A stretch of DNA of 64,000 nt from Ruditapes philippinarum (taxonomy: Eukaryota): positions 310,001-374,000 of the forward strand of contig NW_026867047.1 of assembly GCF_026571515.1 (NCBI RefSeq), in the 5' to 3' direction. The translations under genes and the position numbers were made by a program. The notes under the pieces were generated by a model. The model was not told the DNA's origin. It worked only from the letters and a program-made list of their open reading frames with translations, and did no database searches. Shown here piece by piece: positions 1-13,408 of this stretch. Positions within the stretch are counted from its first letter, which is position 1; each line of letters begins with the position of its first letter.

Positions 1-1501
1 CATAGGCTTTCCTGTGTCCTTTTTACTCAAAAGTTTTATCCTCAGAAACTATATCTAAGATAAAACTTCACATCGGAATTGCAAAATAGGTAAGTGTTAA
101 ACAATTACAGAATTTAGTGATTGAAATTATTTTTTGTCCAATAAGATTGTAGTTTTTCAAGTTAATAGTGCCACATTTACTTTGGTAAATCGGCTAACAA
201 TTATTCAATATAGTAGAGCAACTGTTTATTAGAATAATTTCAAACATCATTAAATTGGTCAGCGTTCATAAGTAAACACTTAAATGCTCACCTATACATC
301 ACTTAACAAATAATTAGCATATATTTTAAATAGGTAAGCCTAGGTGGATTACCACGCCTATGTTACGGGATGGTAGTGTTACTCCACCCTCCAGACCCCC
401 CCCCCCCCCCCAAAAAAAAAAAAAAAAATAATAATAATCAAGATAGTCACTTTCTGCAATTGTATACATGTGTCTGTAACATTCATATATTGACCAAGCA
501 TTTTTCCTAGTACCTCCCAAGGTAGCTAGTTATATGAAACAAATCTTTAAAGGCCCATTAAGCCCAATAAATAATATTATTTTTATTTCAAGACAGTAAC
601 TCACTGGTGATATTTTGCTGTCATTGCATTTTGGCATCGAGTGCAGTCACAGTGTATAGAGTTATTTTTTTAGAGTTATCTCCCCTCAACATGAGGGCAT
701 GGATTTTACAGCTCGTGCAGAAATAGTGATTAAATGCAATTTTAAAAAGATTTATAGATATTTTTTGGATATATAGTTTTATAAAGGTAATTTCTCTATG
801 CCGGCGAAGAAAAATAAACAAAATAAAGATTCCAAACGGAAAGAGAAGAGAAAAGAAATTTCTCCATTGTTTGAAGATACAATTACACATGATTTGAGAA
901 AAAAGTATTTTAAACGGTATGACTACACATGGCCGACTAATCAAAAGTTTATCAATTTATTGTCTGAAACATTGTTAACTATTATTAATGGTTTAAGCAA
1001 ATTTATATATCATGCTATAGCTTTAAGAAATTAATCCAAACAAATGTGATCTGTATTTTATTCATATGTTTGTAAGACTCTTCTGATAAAAATCCATGTA
1101 CTTGTGTTGTTTGTGTTTATATATTTTTCACTTGCTATAAATATGTATTTGTTTAATGCAATAAAGTTTTGTAGTTGAAGTTGAAGTATAAGTATTTTCT
1201 ATGGAAGGTAAAATACCACTTTGTTGTCATTTTGCTACTTTAATGATATATTATACATGATTATATCACATGCAAAGTTTCTTTCTTCATGTAATATGCC
1301 CTTAACATGCTCTCAATTCATTAATAAATGAGTATTAAAGACCTCATGTTACTTATTTCTTAATAGCAGTCTGACAATACTTTTTACTATTACATGTAGT
1401 TTTTTTATTTATTTATTTTTTATATTTTCAGTCGAATCATATCTGTATCAAAAGTCATGCAAGACAACTCTATTTCACAAACTCAGCAGTGTAATGGTTA
1501 A

Positions 1502-1829
1502 AGGCACATTATGCCTCAGAAAGACATTTTTTTTTTGAAATGTCAAACATGTGTTTTATAATGTTTAAATAATGGATTCAGAGCATACGACGGAAGAAAC
1601 GCTAAAAGTGCAGTAATGTGTTGTAAAGGTAGCAAAATGTAGACAAAGTAATATTTTGACCTCCATACAAAATACTTATTCAATATAAATATGCCAATTG
1701 CGAACGGAGCAAAAGAAGAAAAAAGGTAGTTCCTATATATGGCAAATGAGTATTTATTTTTGGCAACTGTAACAAAATACCAAACGTAAATGTTTCAAAC
1801 GTAGCAAAATTCTGAGGCATAATGAGCCT
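1502..1829. mobile_element. Non-autonomous DNA transposon (MITE), Kolobok-like ends
   Basis: TTAA at 1498-1501 and 1830-1833. TIR AGGCACATTATGCCTCAGAA ... TTCTGAGGCATAATGAGCCT (1 mismatch). A TTAA target with RR...YY termini is the Kolobok pattern. A diverged internal piece recurs at ~7090-7325 and the right end recurs at 10434-10504. Confidence 0.75.
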
Positions 1830-2514
1830 TTAAAGAACATTTTCATTTGCTCTTATTTTTACATTATATGTATAGAATAGCATCGTATATACCCTCGAGC
1901 AAGGATAAGACCATGAAATCAAATCCTTTCAGATTGAAATACGTTTTAATAACGTTTCAATCCTGTTGGGTATGGTAAAAAAAGTGTTTACAAAGTAACC
2001 ACGACCGATTTTAATTTTCATTTTTGATAAATTAATTTCATTTTATAATTGTAATTTAATGACATCATCTAAACTTAAAAGAATAAAGTTGCATTTCCCA
2101 ACAGTCTGTCAGTAAAGTATAGGTATATAACACCTATATACTAAACTTTAGGCAGTTAACCACATAAAATCAAACAGGCGTATAGTCTGCATTGATAGGT
2201 TGACTGTGTCAGCTTAACCCTTGAGGATATTCTTGGGTAGTAAGTTCGACACTCTTTGGTTCTCTGTCCTTAAGAGGACAATCGTGATGCGTGTATGTGG
2301 TCGCACGGTCACTTTTCGAACAACAGTCCTTGATGCGTGTATGTGGTCGCACGGTCAAACTAATTATTTTTATTATAAATAACAAAATAAGGTTACTTAA
2401 GCAGTCAAACCATAACCTTAATTTCTACCTACGGACCAATGAAAACTATTTACAACAACATAACCTCTACTCAAGCAACATGTACTCTACTTGCAACACC
2501 AACTACTCTACTCA

Positions 2515-3090
2515 TAAAACATGAACTCAAAACCCATATACCCTACTCACACCACCATATTCTCACAACCAATGTACCCCACTTACAACAACATGTACTC
2601 ACAATCCATGTTCACCACTCACACCAACACATACTCACAACCCATCTACCCCACTTACACCAAACCCCACTTACACCAACACATACTCACAAACCATCTA
2701 CACCAACACATACTCACAACTCATGTTCCCCAGTCACAACAACATGTACTCACAACCCATCTACCCCACTTACACCAACACATACTCACAACCCATGTAC
2801 ACCACTCATACTCACAACTCATGTTTCCCAGTCACAACAACACATACTCACAACCCATCTACCCCACTCACACCAACACATTCTCACAACCCATGTACAC
2901 CACTCACACCAACACATACTCACAACTCATGTTCCCCATTCACAACAACACATACTCACAACCCATCTACCCCACTTACACCAACACATACTCACAAACC
3001 ATCTACACTACTCACAACAACACATTCTCACAACCCATGTACCCCAGTCACAACAACATGTACTCACAACCCATCTACACTACTCACAAA
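2515..3090. repeat. 36-bp C/A-rich minisatellite
   Basis: Unit about CTCACAACCCATCTACCCCACTTACACCAACACATA; gives a 12-aa period in three overlapping spurious ORFs. Confidence 0.9.
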
Positions 3091-4727
3091 AACGTACACT
3101 GTATTCACAAAGCTTGCACGTTACTTGCATCAAAGTAAACTCTACTCACAATATCATTTACACTGATGATTTTTTGGACCAAGTTATAAATATAATTGTA
3201 CAACTGCGTGTTTTATGAATTTCGATATTTTATACAGCCTCTCACCCTACCCACTTGTCATATAAATACATTTTGTTCAATTCGGTCGGAATTTAATAAA
3301 TCTTATTCAAGTGTACTTTCTTGCACATAAGGGTTAACTGTAAATCATTTGCTAAGATAAAAAATACATGCCGTATTTTTACACTACATTTTTCAAACAT
3401 GGGGAGAAGATTCTAACGTTAAAGGGTATGTAGTTTTCTTTGTTTTTGTTGTTGTGTTATACTTTGTTTTTGTTTTTTTGTTGTTTTTTTGTTGTTTTTT
3501 TTCAAAATTTTAATCTTGCGTTCATTATTTTCTGCGGCGCGCTACTGTATTCTTAATTGTTATGCACGCATGCAATAACATGTTTTATTTCAATTTCGGC
3601 CATATACGAGACCTACTAGTTAACAGTATGTGGTTCTTCGTTGTGTAATAACCAGCATGATTCAATATCAATTTATTTACAATAACACTCAGTTCGTATA
3701 ATATACAAAAACATGAGCAATGATCATACATATATGTCTCATCTGATCGGGGAAACCTTGTGACGTCATTTCGTTAAAATGACGCGACGTCACAACAATC
3801 GTTAGAAGCTTTGCGACGCTATATCGACTACATGACTGTTTCACTGCAAAGTTTTAACTATAAAATAAAGGTCATAGTCCACTTTGGCTTTAGGTCAACA
3901 TTGTTTACGTGCTTCTATAACATTTAAATGTTTTTACATATTTTGTAATTTTACTGATAGAGAACGGTTAAAGGGTATAAATCTATATTTCATGAATTAT
4001 TTAAAAAAAAATGTATCAACAGTAAAGTAATATTGGTTCCATTCCCCAAAAATGTCTCTTTCATTTATACACATGAATAATGTACGTAAACCGAATAAAA
4101 TGTTCCGGAACAAAATATTATTTTGCTATTTTAAGTAGGATTTTATCCGTTTAGCAAAGATTTTTGTGCATGCGCCATTCGCTTTTAAGGCAATAAATTA
4201 TCATATTTATGTCATACAAGCATTTTGGAAGTATTCTTTTTAAAATTCAAACAATAATTTTTGCATCAGATATATAGCTTTATACACTTTAAGGTGAAAG
4301 TAAGGAAATAAAAGCAAATGGCTTTTGTCTATTGCCACTATCGAAGCTTGCATAAAATACTACGTTGATTATAATCAAATTCACCCAAAATATAAAACAT
4401 CAGCAATAAGAAATACCAGAATAAGAAAATGATTTTATTTTCCAGTAAAATCGAAAGAAATAAAAAAGAAAAAAAAGAAGTGCATCGTAAAAGACCCATG
4501 GCTTCTCTGTTTATCGACATAACATTACTTAAAATTACATTACATTACATTTTTACAATACATTATTACAATATTATTACATTACATAACATAAATACCT
4601 ACACTGTTTCATGAATTAATGATTAATGGTTAAAATCTGGAAAAAAGCATAATTATGGCACTGAGTCAGTTCAGTGAAAAGGCAACTATAATATAATTAT
4701 TATATTGGTAATCGTAACATGTCAAAG

Positions 4728-7700
4728 TTACAGATCGCTAAGAGTTCCAGGGCCAGGCCCTTCTTTCCAATGTGGTGGCCAAGTAGCTTGAACCGACGGC
4801 CTCTTGCTGACGGTTTCGTAGTACCTTTTCAGTTCCGGTTGGTCAGCTAGTTTTGCCCCGCTCCTCACAAATAACGCTAAATATGGATAGAAAAACACGT
4901 CAGCCATTGTAAATTTGCTCCCGCACAAATAGTCCTTTCCTTTGAGAATTGTATTCCATCGGTCTATTTCTTCTTTTGCCTTCACTGTCTTTTCTGAAAA
5001 TATACTCCTTATTACAATAATATTTAAGCGTTTTTTTTTTTCTAAAAATAACCTGGCCACGAGTTCACAAAAAAAATCTGGAAGTTGAAAAAGATGATAC
5101 ATAATAAAATGTTAAAATACGCTGCCAAGAAGAAACATAAAGTTAAGGTAAAACAATACATGTACATTAAATAAATTAGAAAAATCGGATCAAAATAAGG
5201 ATCAATCTTATGTTCAAGATCAATATTTTGATCAACTGTAAAATTCCCTTGAATCATAGTTTGGGGACCTTTCTGTTGAAAATGTGTCAGAGTTAATTCG
5301 TATACATAGATATGCACAGTGTGTTAACTGGAGTACCCGCACTCCAGAGCATGCATATCGATTGGCTCATTTTTGCTGGGGTTTTATACTTATTGTGACG
5401 TCAGAGAAAGGGAAATATTCAGATGCTCGTTCATTGGTTACTTTTTTCTTGGGTTCATATTGTGACAACAGGGATCGTGTTTTTATGTTTGACTATGATG
5501 CAAAAGAGATAGAACACCAAAATACTCGGCAATCTGATTAATACTCGGGGGCTACGCACCCTCGTACAAATCAGATAGCCTCGTGTTTCGATGCTCTTTC
5601 TTACTTATGCCCCCCCGAAACGTTTCAAATATTCATGTGTCCTTTACCTTTTAAATATCCATGGTCCAGATCTTCAGCTTTCGTTCTGTACCGGTATCTT
5701 ACAATGGGTTCTTGTATATTTGATATGATGTTAGAAGTTTCAAACATCCTTTGATAAACTTCGGCTCTCTCGTTGACATCCTGTGGTAAAAGTCTGTTAG
5801 AATTGTCACTGTACTTTTCTTCCAGGTACATGCAAATCGCACCCGACTCATTCACAACGACGTCGCCATCTTTAAATGTCGGAAGCTAAATAAAAACATG
5901 AACGGTACATATACAATAAAGGGCTTATGGTGGTAAACTGGATAAAATTTCGGAGACAAAATTATAATTTAAAAAAAAACCATAAATGTCGCCTGATTGT
6001 TTTTGTTGTGCTCTACCTCCATTTTTCGAAACAATCATGTATTTAACACATTTCCCCTTCCTCTAAAGCAAAACACGCACATATGCAAAACAATGGAAAT
6101 GAATAAAGGCAAATAACAACATTTTTGCATTAAACATATCCCTTAATATGTTGATGTTGTATTTTTGTTGTTATTTTGTTTTGTTGTTCTTGATTGTTTG
6201 TTTTGTTTATTTTTTTATTGTTATTTTTGTTTTGTTTTTTGTTTGTTTTGTTTTTGTTTGTTCGTTTTTTGTTGGATATTGGTATAATTTCATTCTTACA
6301 AAACAGAATAAGCGTGTCAGGTACATTGTCATCATAACTAAACAAATGTTGTTTTTGATATTATACTTGCTATTTTTATTGTTGATACTGGTGTAAGTAA
6401 CTAAACGTACACATACGAGTATGAAAGCAATGTAACACCGCACTTTGGGGTCCAACTCACTTTGGGGTCCAAAGCACTTTAGGGTCCAAAGCACTTTGGG
6501 GTTAAAAATCGAGATTTTGACCCCAAAGTGCATTAATATGCTACATATCAACGCACTTTGGGTTTCAGAGTTCTGAAGGTGTCTACTGAGTTCTGCTTAA
6601 ATACTGAGTACTGACTGATTTTCGATCTGCGACATTGAACTATTTGAGGTGGAGTTCAAGATGGCGGTCGATACATTGTTTGATGCTTATGTGATAAAAG
6701 TTTCATTAATTTTACCATTTGAAATATCTAAAAATTGTTTCCATAATTATAACAAAGTACTCTAGTACATAAATTGTGAATGTATTCCTAAAATTAAAAG
6801 ATGCTGTGAAAAATATCCTATGTCAGTCATTTACTTGATTACTGTTGGTGCCATATTAAGCCCAATTTTAAATATGATGGGGATGAAATAAAATGCAGTT
6901 AATATTTTTTTCCAAGTACTATAAATATACTCCATTACAATGTTCCGGTGAAATATCAAGTTTTTTATCGGACTTTAAATAGTGATTTTTACAAATACAT
7001 TATTGAGCTTATCAACAAACTTTAGTTTTTTGTAAGATTCGTAACAATCGTCCGCAAGAAGCTTTTTAATGGGAAATCTTACATACTTCTTTAGAAAGGG
7101 CAAACATGAATTTTATAATGCTTAAATAATAGTATCAGAGAAATGTAAGATGCTTGTTACCTGAATAAAGTAGCGATAAATGTGAAATAATTTGTCATAA
7201 AAGTAGCAAAATGTAAACATTGAAGTATTTGACATCCATATAAAATACTAATTCACTATAACTGTACTCATTGCCAAAAAGGAACAGATGAAAATATCAG
7301 GTTCAGGTAATTGGCCAATGAGTAAAGGTCTCAACAGACGGTAGGATTTAGTTGTACAACACTAATTAGAGATATGATGTACAATTTTCATGGCGATACA
7401 ACACTTGCATTCAGACGGTTATTCTGCATTGTAGGAATCATCAGGTTTCCCTCAAAAACAGTTCCCTCCCAATTGATTCCTTACATACTTTACTCACTAA
7501 AAATTTTTTTTTCTCCGTGAGTACTGATTGAAACACTTCATTTTTTTTTTTTTAAAGTTTATAATTGTCACAGGGCGAGATTTATGTGCAGCCTGACCGA
7601 GACTAGAACCTGGAACCCCCGGAATACCGTACTGCGGCTCTACTGACTACGTCCCCTGATTAGTGAACAGTTCAATACTGTGACACTATCATTATCTGAA

Positions 7701-9081
7701 TAATTTGGGATTCGAACACACCACAACTTTGGGTCTCCTGAAGAGTTTTTCAACATTATTTTTACCCCATCTTACTACATGTACTATGTTTACAGCCCTT
7801 ATTGTTCTGAAATTTCATTCATTAAACACATTATCAATGGATAATTGGGAAATATGTCATCTGTCATCCTGGGAGGTCTGTACAACTAGAACATGTCCTA
7901 TCCTGTAAATCTAGTATTGAGTTATATGAATTCAAGAAATACTAGCCTTCACACAGTTAGGTTTGCTTGTACATCTTATAGTTTTTATTGATGTTGCACA
8001 GCAAAATACTTCACTAACTGATAAAGATCATTTATTTTACTATAATTCAGTGCACATGTTTTGTGTCTAATTAATACCTTGAGTTTGTTAACCATTGGCT
8101 TTGAATACAATATATTATTTAAAACATCATGGAAATTCATTTTTATTGATTGAATTTTTATGACCCCAAAGTGCGGTCGTTTGTCTGATGTAAAAAAAAT
8201 GCATATGTTACGATATGTACCTGTTTAACACACTTAGGGATCAAAATTGGACCCCAAAGTGCGTTACGCACTTTGGGGTCGGATCCCAAAGTGCGTTGGA
8301 CCCCAAAGTGCGGTGTTACAAAGCAATAAAGGATATGGACCTAACAATAAAAGGCGTTCTTTCTCAGTGAGTTGAGACACATTGAAATAAAAACATGTTA
8401 ATAAAAATCGTTGCATGTGTCCGATAATGCAAGAACAAATACTCTCATACTCTTCAAAACGAAGGTTAGTGCGAGTTGTCGCACTCTCCTTGCCTATATT
8501 GTGGAATATCGTAACTCGTCCTAATTAAATACACTTGAAGTATAGATAAACATTTCAAGTACTGAATACGTCCGATTATTTAAAAGTTTTAAATACCAAA
8601 TCAGTGACGTGACCGTACATGTAAATTAAAAAAAAATTATCGTACTCTAGCTGTTATTTTGGTATCTTAAATTATTAATGTTTCGCCTTTCCTAGTGGGT
8701 TAACCCCCCAAATAAAAAGGAATAAATACATTCAATTTCTATTTCTCGTTTTGCTCTTGATACACGCTTTTTGTATTTTTAGAGTTACGAATTAAGTGTT
8801 CCATATAAAGTCGCCATTGACTGTATGCATTTGTTAAACTCAGTGTTCTAGATTTTTACTACTGTCCTAATTTATGACATGTAAATGATAAATAAAGTAA
8901 TATCTACCTGACCACGTGGGTTAATTGCCAATATATCCGTCCCTTTATGTTGACCCTTGGAAAACTCCAGCCTTTTGCTCGTACATTTTTCAGAAAGTCC
9001 TTTCTCCGCGAGAACTAGCATAGGCCTCCAACAGGGGGCGGATCCTGACCCCCAATATAAAATCATTTTACCAGACGCCAT
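4728..9081 (-). CDS. gstr: Glutathione S-transferase, rho class (GST-A-like), copy 1; 225 aa; complement(join(4728..4993,5648..5885,8908..9081))
   Basis: Exons of 174+238+266 nt = 226 codons, GT-AG introns of phase 0 and 1. Motifs YWGSGSAPCWR, NPRGQLPTF, NESGAICMYLE, YQRMFE, FTMADVFFYP and RPSVQATWPPHW match the fish/mollusc rho-class GST pattern (WGSGSPPCW...NPRGQLP...WPP). Confidence 0.93.
5253..5607 (+). mobile_element. Interspersed repeat with long terminal hairpin (family C) in GST1 intron 2
   Basis: Inverted copy at ~35370-35746 and a deleted copy at ~13950-14235; imperfect hairpin at ~5500-5600. Confidence 0.7.
6431..8320. mobile_element. Non-autonomous DNA transposon, TGT...ACA ends, 6-bp TSD, in GST1 intron 1
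   Basis: TIR TGTAACACCGCACTTTGGGGTCCAAC ... GTTGGACCCCAAAGTGCGGTGTTACA with repeated subterminal CACTTTGGGG motifs. TSD AAGCAA at 6425-6430 and 8321-8326. The empty site TATGAAAGCAATAAAG is present in the paralog at ~19031-19046. Confidence 0.9.
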
Positions 9082-9551
9082 TTAACACGCTACTTGGAAA
9101 CCGGGAATTAGAACATTATCACTCCTGTAGCAAGTTGGTTGCAATCGATGCATTATCACCCCTTGAATTGAAATTCAATAGTAAAATACTTTTTATTTCA
9201 TTTTTCATTGAGAGGTATATTGATATACCTATAGAAAGAGTGTTCCAATGAAGCATTAATTTTGTTCGGGGCAATAAAATAAATAATACATAGTTTTGTG
9301 AGTTACAGCAAAAATATCATCCCTAGTAAAATACTGTTACCCTCGGGATTAACGCCTCGGGTAACAGTTTTCCTCGGGATGATATTTTTACTGTAAGTCA
9401 CAAACAAATGTGTCATTTATATAAGTAAGCTGTTAGGCTGTTGTTATTTTCAACTATTTGCATTCTTTGATTTTTTTTTCGCTCACTATAGGTATTCACC
9501 GAAACTCCATACTTCTATAGTTTCCCCCAATACACACAACAGTGCTTATTG

Positions 9552-10433
9552 TCCGGACTTGTTCTGCTATAAGCCGGACATGTATTGCTAGAAACTGCAC
9601 TTGTACTGCTAGAAGCCAAACTTAAACTGTAACGAGCCAGACTTGTTCTGTTAGGAGCCGGAATTTTACTGTTAGGAGTCGAACTTGTTTTGCTAGGAGC
9701 CAGACTTGTTCTGTTAGGAGTCGGACTTGTTCTGCTAGGAGTCGGACTTGTTCTGTTAGGAGTCGAACTTGTTTTGCTAGGAGCCAGACTTGTTCTGTTA
9801 GGAGCCGGACTTGTTCTGCTTGGAGCCAGACTTGTTCTGCTAGGAGTCGGACTTGTTTTGCAAGGAGCCGGACTTGTTCTGTTAGGAGTAGGACTTGTAC
9901 TGCTAGGAGCCAGACTTGTTCTGTAAGGAGTCGGACTTGTTCTGCTAGGAGTCGTACTTGTTTTGCTAGGAGCCGGACTTGTTTTGCTAGGAGCCGGGCT
10001 TGTTTTGGTAGGAGTCGGACTTGTTCTGTTAGGAGTCGGACTTGTTTTGCTAGCAGCCGGATATTTTCTGTTAGGAGTCGAACTTGTTCTGCTAGAAGCC
10101 TGACTTGTTCTGTTAGAAGTCGGACTTGCATTGCTAGGAGCCGGACTTGTTCTGTTAGGAGTAGGACTTGTACTGCTAGGAGCCGGACTTGTTCTGTAAT
10201 TAGCCAGACTTGTTCTGTTAGGAGCCGGACTTGTTCTGCTAGGAGCCGGACTTGTATTGCTAGGAGTCGGACTTGTTCTGTTAGGAGTCGGACTTGTTCT
10301 GCTAGCAGCCAGAAATTTTCTGTTAGGAGTCGAACTTGTTCTGTTAGGAGTCGGACTTGTACTGCTAGGAGTCGGACTTGTTTTGCTAGGAGCCGGACTT
10401 GTTCTGCTAGGAGCCGGACTTGTTCTGCTAGGA
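9552..10433. repeat. 21-bp minisatellite (GGACTTGTTCTGCTAGGAGCC), about 42 units
   Basis: Direct inspection; cut off at the duplication junction. Confidence 0.92.
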
Positions 10434-11185
10434 GCAACTGTAACAAAATACCAAACGTAAATGTTTCAAACGTAGCAAAATTCTGAAGCATACTGAGCCT
10501 TTAAAGAACATTTTCATTTGCTCTTATTTTTACATCATATGTATAGAATAGCATCGTATATACCCTCGAGCAAGGATAAGACCATTAAATCAAATCCTTT
10601 CAGATTGAAATACGTTTTAATAACGTTTCAATTCTGTTGGGTACAGTAAAAAATAGTGTTTACAAAGTAACCACGACCGATTTTAATTTTCATTTTTGAT
10701 AAATTAATTTCATTTTATAATTGTAATTTAATGACATCATCTAAACTTAAAAGAATAAAGTTGCTTTTCCCAACAGTCTGTCAGTAAAGTATAGGTATAT
10801 AACACCTATATACTAAACTTTAGGCAGTTAACCACATAAAATCAAACGGGCGTATAGTCTGCATTGATAGGTTGACTGTGTCAGCTTTACCCTTGAGAAT
10901 ATTCTTGGGTAGTAAGTTCGACACTCTTTGGTCGTCTGTCCTTAAGAGGACAATCGTGATGCGTGTATGTGGTCGCACGGTCACTTTTCGAACAACAGTC
11001 CTTGATGCGTGTATGTGGTCGCACGGTCAAACTAATTATTTTTATTACAAATAACAAAATAAGGTTACTTAAGCAGTCAAACCATAAACTTAATTTCTAC
11101 CTACGGACCAATAAAAACTACTTACAACAACATAACCTCTACTCAAGCAACATGTACTCTACTTGCAACACCAAGTACTCTTCTC

Positions 11186-12119
11186 ATAAAACATGAACTT
11201 AAAACCCATATACCCCACTCACACCACCATGTTCTCACAACCAATGTACACCACTAACACCAACACGTACTCACAATCCATGTACACCACTCATACCAAC
11301 ACGTTCTCACAATCAATGTACCCCACTCACAGCAACACGTACATCACAACCCATGTACACTGCTCACAGCAACATGTACTCACAACTCATGTACCCCAGT
11401 CACACCAACATGTACTCACAACCTATCTACACCACTCACAGCAACACGTACTCACAACCCATGTACCCCACTCACAGCAACACGTACTCACAACCCATGT
11501 ACCCCACTCACAGCAACATCAACCCATGTACACCACTCATACCAACACGTTCTCACAATCCATGTACCCCACTCACACAAACATGTACCCCATTCAGAGC
11601 AACACGTACTCACTACTCATGTAGCCCACTCACACCAACACGTACCCACAACTCATGTACCCTACTCACAGCAACATCAAGCCCATTCACACCAACACGT
11701 ACTCACAACTTATGTACCCCACTCACATTAACATGTACCCCATTCGCACCAACACGTACTCACAACTCATGTACCCCACTCATACCAACACGTACTCACA
11801 ACTCATGTACCCCACTCACACCAACATGTACCCCATTCGCACCAACACGTACTCACAACTCATGTACCCCACTCACACCAACTGCACCCCATCGCACCAA
11901 CACGTACTCACAACTCATGTACCCCACTCTACCAACACGTATCACAACATGTACCCCATTCATACCAACACGTACTCACAACTCATGTACCCCACTCACA
12001 ACAACATGTACCCCATTCACACCAACATGTACCCCATTCACAGCAACACGTACTCACAACTCATGTACCCCAGTCACAACAACATGTACTCACAACCCAT
12101 CTACACCACTCACAAAAAC
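11186..12119. repeat. 36-bp C/A-rich minisatellite, expanded paralog with 21-bp subunits
   Basis: Same flanks as 2515-3090; units about CTCACAACTCATGTACCCCACTCACACCAACACGTA interspersed with ACATGTACCCCATTCACACCA-type subunits. Confidence 0.9.
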
Positions 12120-13408
12120 GTACACTGTACTCACAAAGCTTGCACGTTACTCGCATCAAAGTAAACTCTACTCACAATATAATTTACACTTATGACTTTT
12201 TGGACCAAGTTATAAATATAATTGTACATATGCGTGTTTTATGAATAGATTTTTTCGTCTTTCGATATTTTATACAGCCTCTCACCCTACCCACTTGTCA
12301 TATAAATACATTTTGTTCAATTCGGTCGGAATTTAATAAATCTTATTCAAGTGTACTTTCTTGCACATAAGGGTTAACTGTAAATCATTTGCTAAGATAA
12401 AAAATACATGCCGTATTTTTACACTACATTTTTCAAACATGGGGAGAAGATTCTAACTTTAAAGGGTACGTTGCTTTCTTTGTTTTGTTGTTGTTGCTGT
12501 TGATTTGTTTCTTGTTGTTGTTTTTTTTATATTTTTTTTTTTCAATTTTTAATCATGTGTCCTAAAATAATCATATAAAATAGTTAACATTATTTTCTTC
12601 GGCGCGCTATTCTTAATTATTATGCACGCATGTATTGTCATTTTGTATCAATTTCGGCCATATACGAGACCTACTAGCTAGCAGTATTTAGCTCTTCATC
12701 GTGTAATAACCAGCATGTTCACATGTCTCATCTGATCGGTGACGAAAAAAAAATGAACCTTGTGACGTCATTTCGTTAAAATGACGCGACGTCACTACAA
12801 TCGCGAAGCTGCATATATATGGACTGCCTGCGGTGTCACTGAAAAGTTTTAACAATAAAATAAAGGTCATAGTCCACTTTTGGCTTTAGGTTAAAAGTGT
12901 TTACGTGATTCTATGATATTTAAATGTTTCTACATATTTTGTGATTTTACTGACAGAGATCGATTAATATAAGGCGAAAGAAAGGAAATAGAAGCAGTTT
13001 GCTTTTTTCAATTGTCACTATCTAAGCTTGCATAAAATACTACACTGGAAAAAATCTGATATACCCAAAATAAAAACATCAGCAATAAGAAATACCAGAA
13101 TAAGAAAATGATTTTATTTTCCAGTAAAATCGAAAGAAATAAAGAAAAAAAAAAGAGAAGTGCATCGTAAAAGACCCATGGCTTCTCTGTTTATCGACAT
13201 AGCATTACTTAAAATTACATTACATTACATTTTTACAATACATTATTACAATATTATTACATTACATAACATAAATAGCTACATTGTTTCACGGACTTGA
13301 TGATTAATGGTTAAAATCTGAAGGAAAGCATAATTATGGCACTGAGTCAGTTCAGTGAAAAGGCAACTATAATATTATTATTATATTGGTAAGGGTAACA
13401 TGTCAAAG

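Larger units (their letters stand above)
1763..10433 (+). repeat. Tandem segmental duplication, copy 1 (contains GST gene 1)
   Basis: GCAACTGTAACAAAATACCAAACG... at 1763 restarts at 10434. Order is conserved in both copies: unique flank, 36-bp minisatellite, GST exons 3/2/1, upstream hairpin, 21-bp minisatellite. Confidence 0.9.

Noticed and set aside
621-1034. Overlapping short ORFs at the window start
   Set aside because: AT-rich, no recognisable motif and no consistent splice pattern.
2285-2357. CRISPR-like repeat-spacer-repeat
   Set aside because: Only two repeats, a 19-nt spacer, no cas genes and a eukaryotic context.
2439-3218. His/Thr/Pro-rich ORFs (also 11193-12195)
   Set aside because: Open in all three frames because the 36-bp unit has no stop codons; frames are not conserved between the two paralogous arrays.
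6130-6551. Lys/Asn-rich and Phe/Val-rich ORFs (also 18657-19015, 37866-38131)
   Set aside because: Translations of T-rich low-complexity intron tracts.
7432-7452. Minus-strand GAAAC/CTGATGA resembling hammerhead ribozyme core boxes
   Set aside because: The boxes are directly adjacent, leaving no room for stems I and III or a cleavage triplet.
9622-10491. 289-aa heptad ORF (AEQVRLL)n resembling a coiled-coil protein; also the 20355-21023 (GLVLLGV)n ORF
   Set aside because: Translation of the 21-bp minisatellite; its start lies in the MITE remnant across the duplication junction, and the paralogous array does not keep this frame open.
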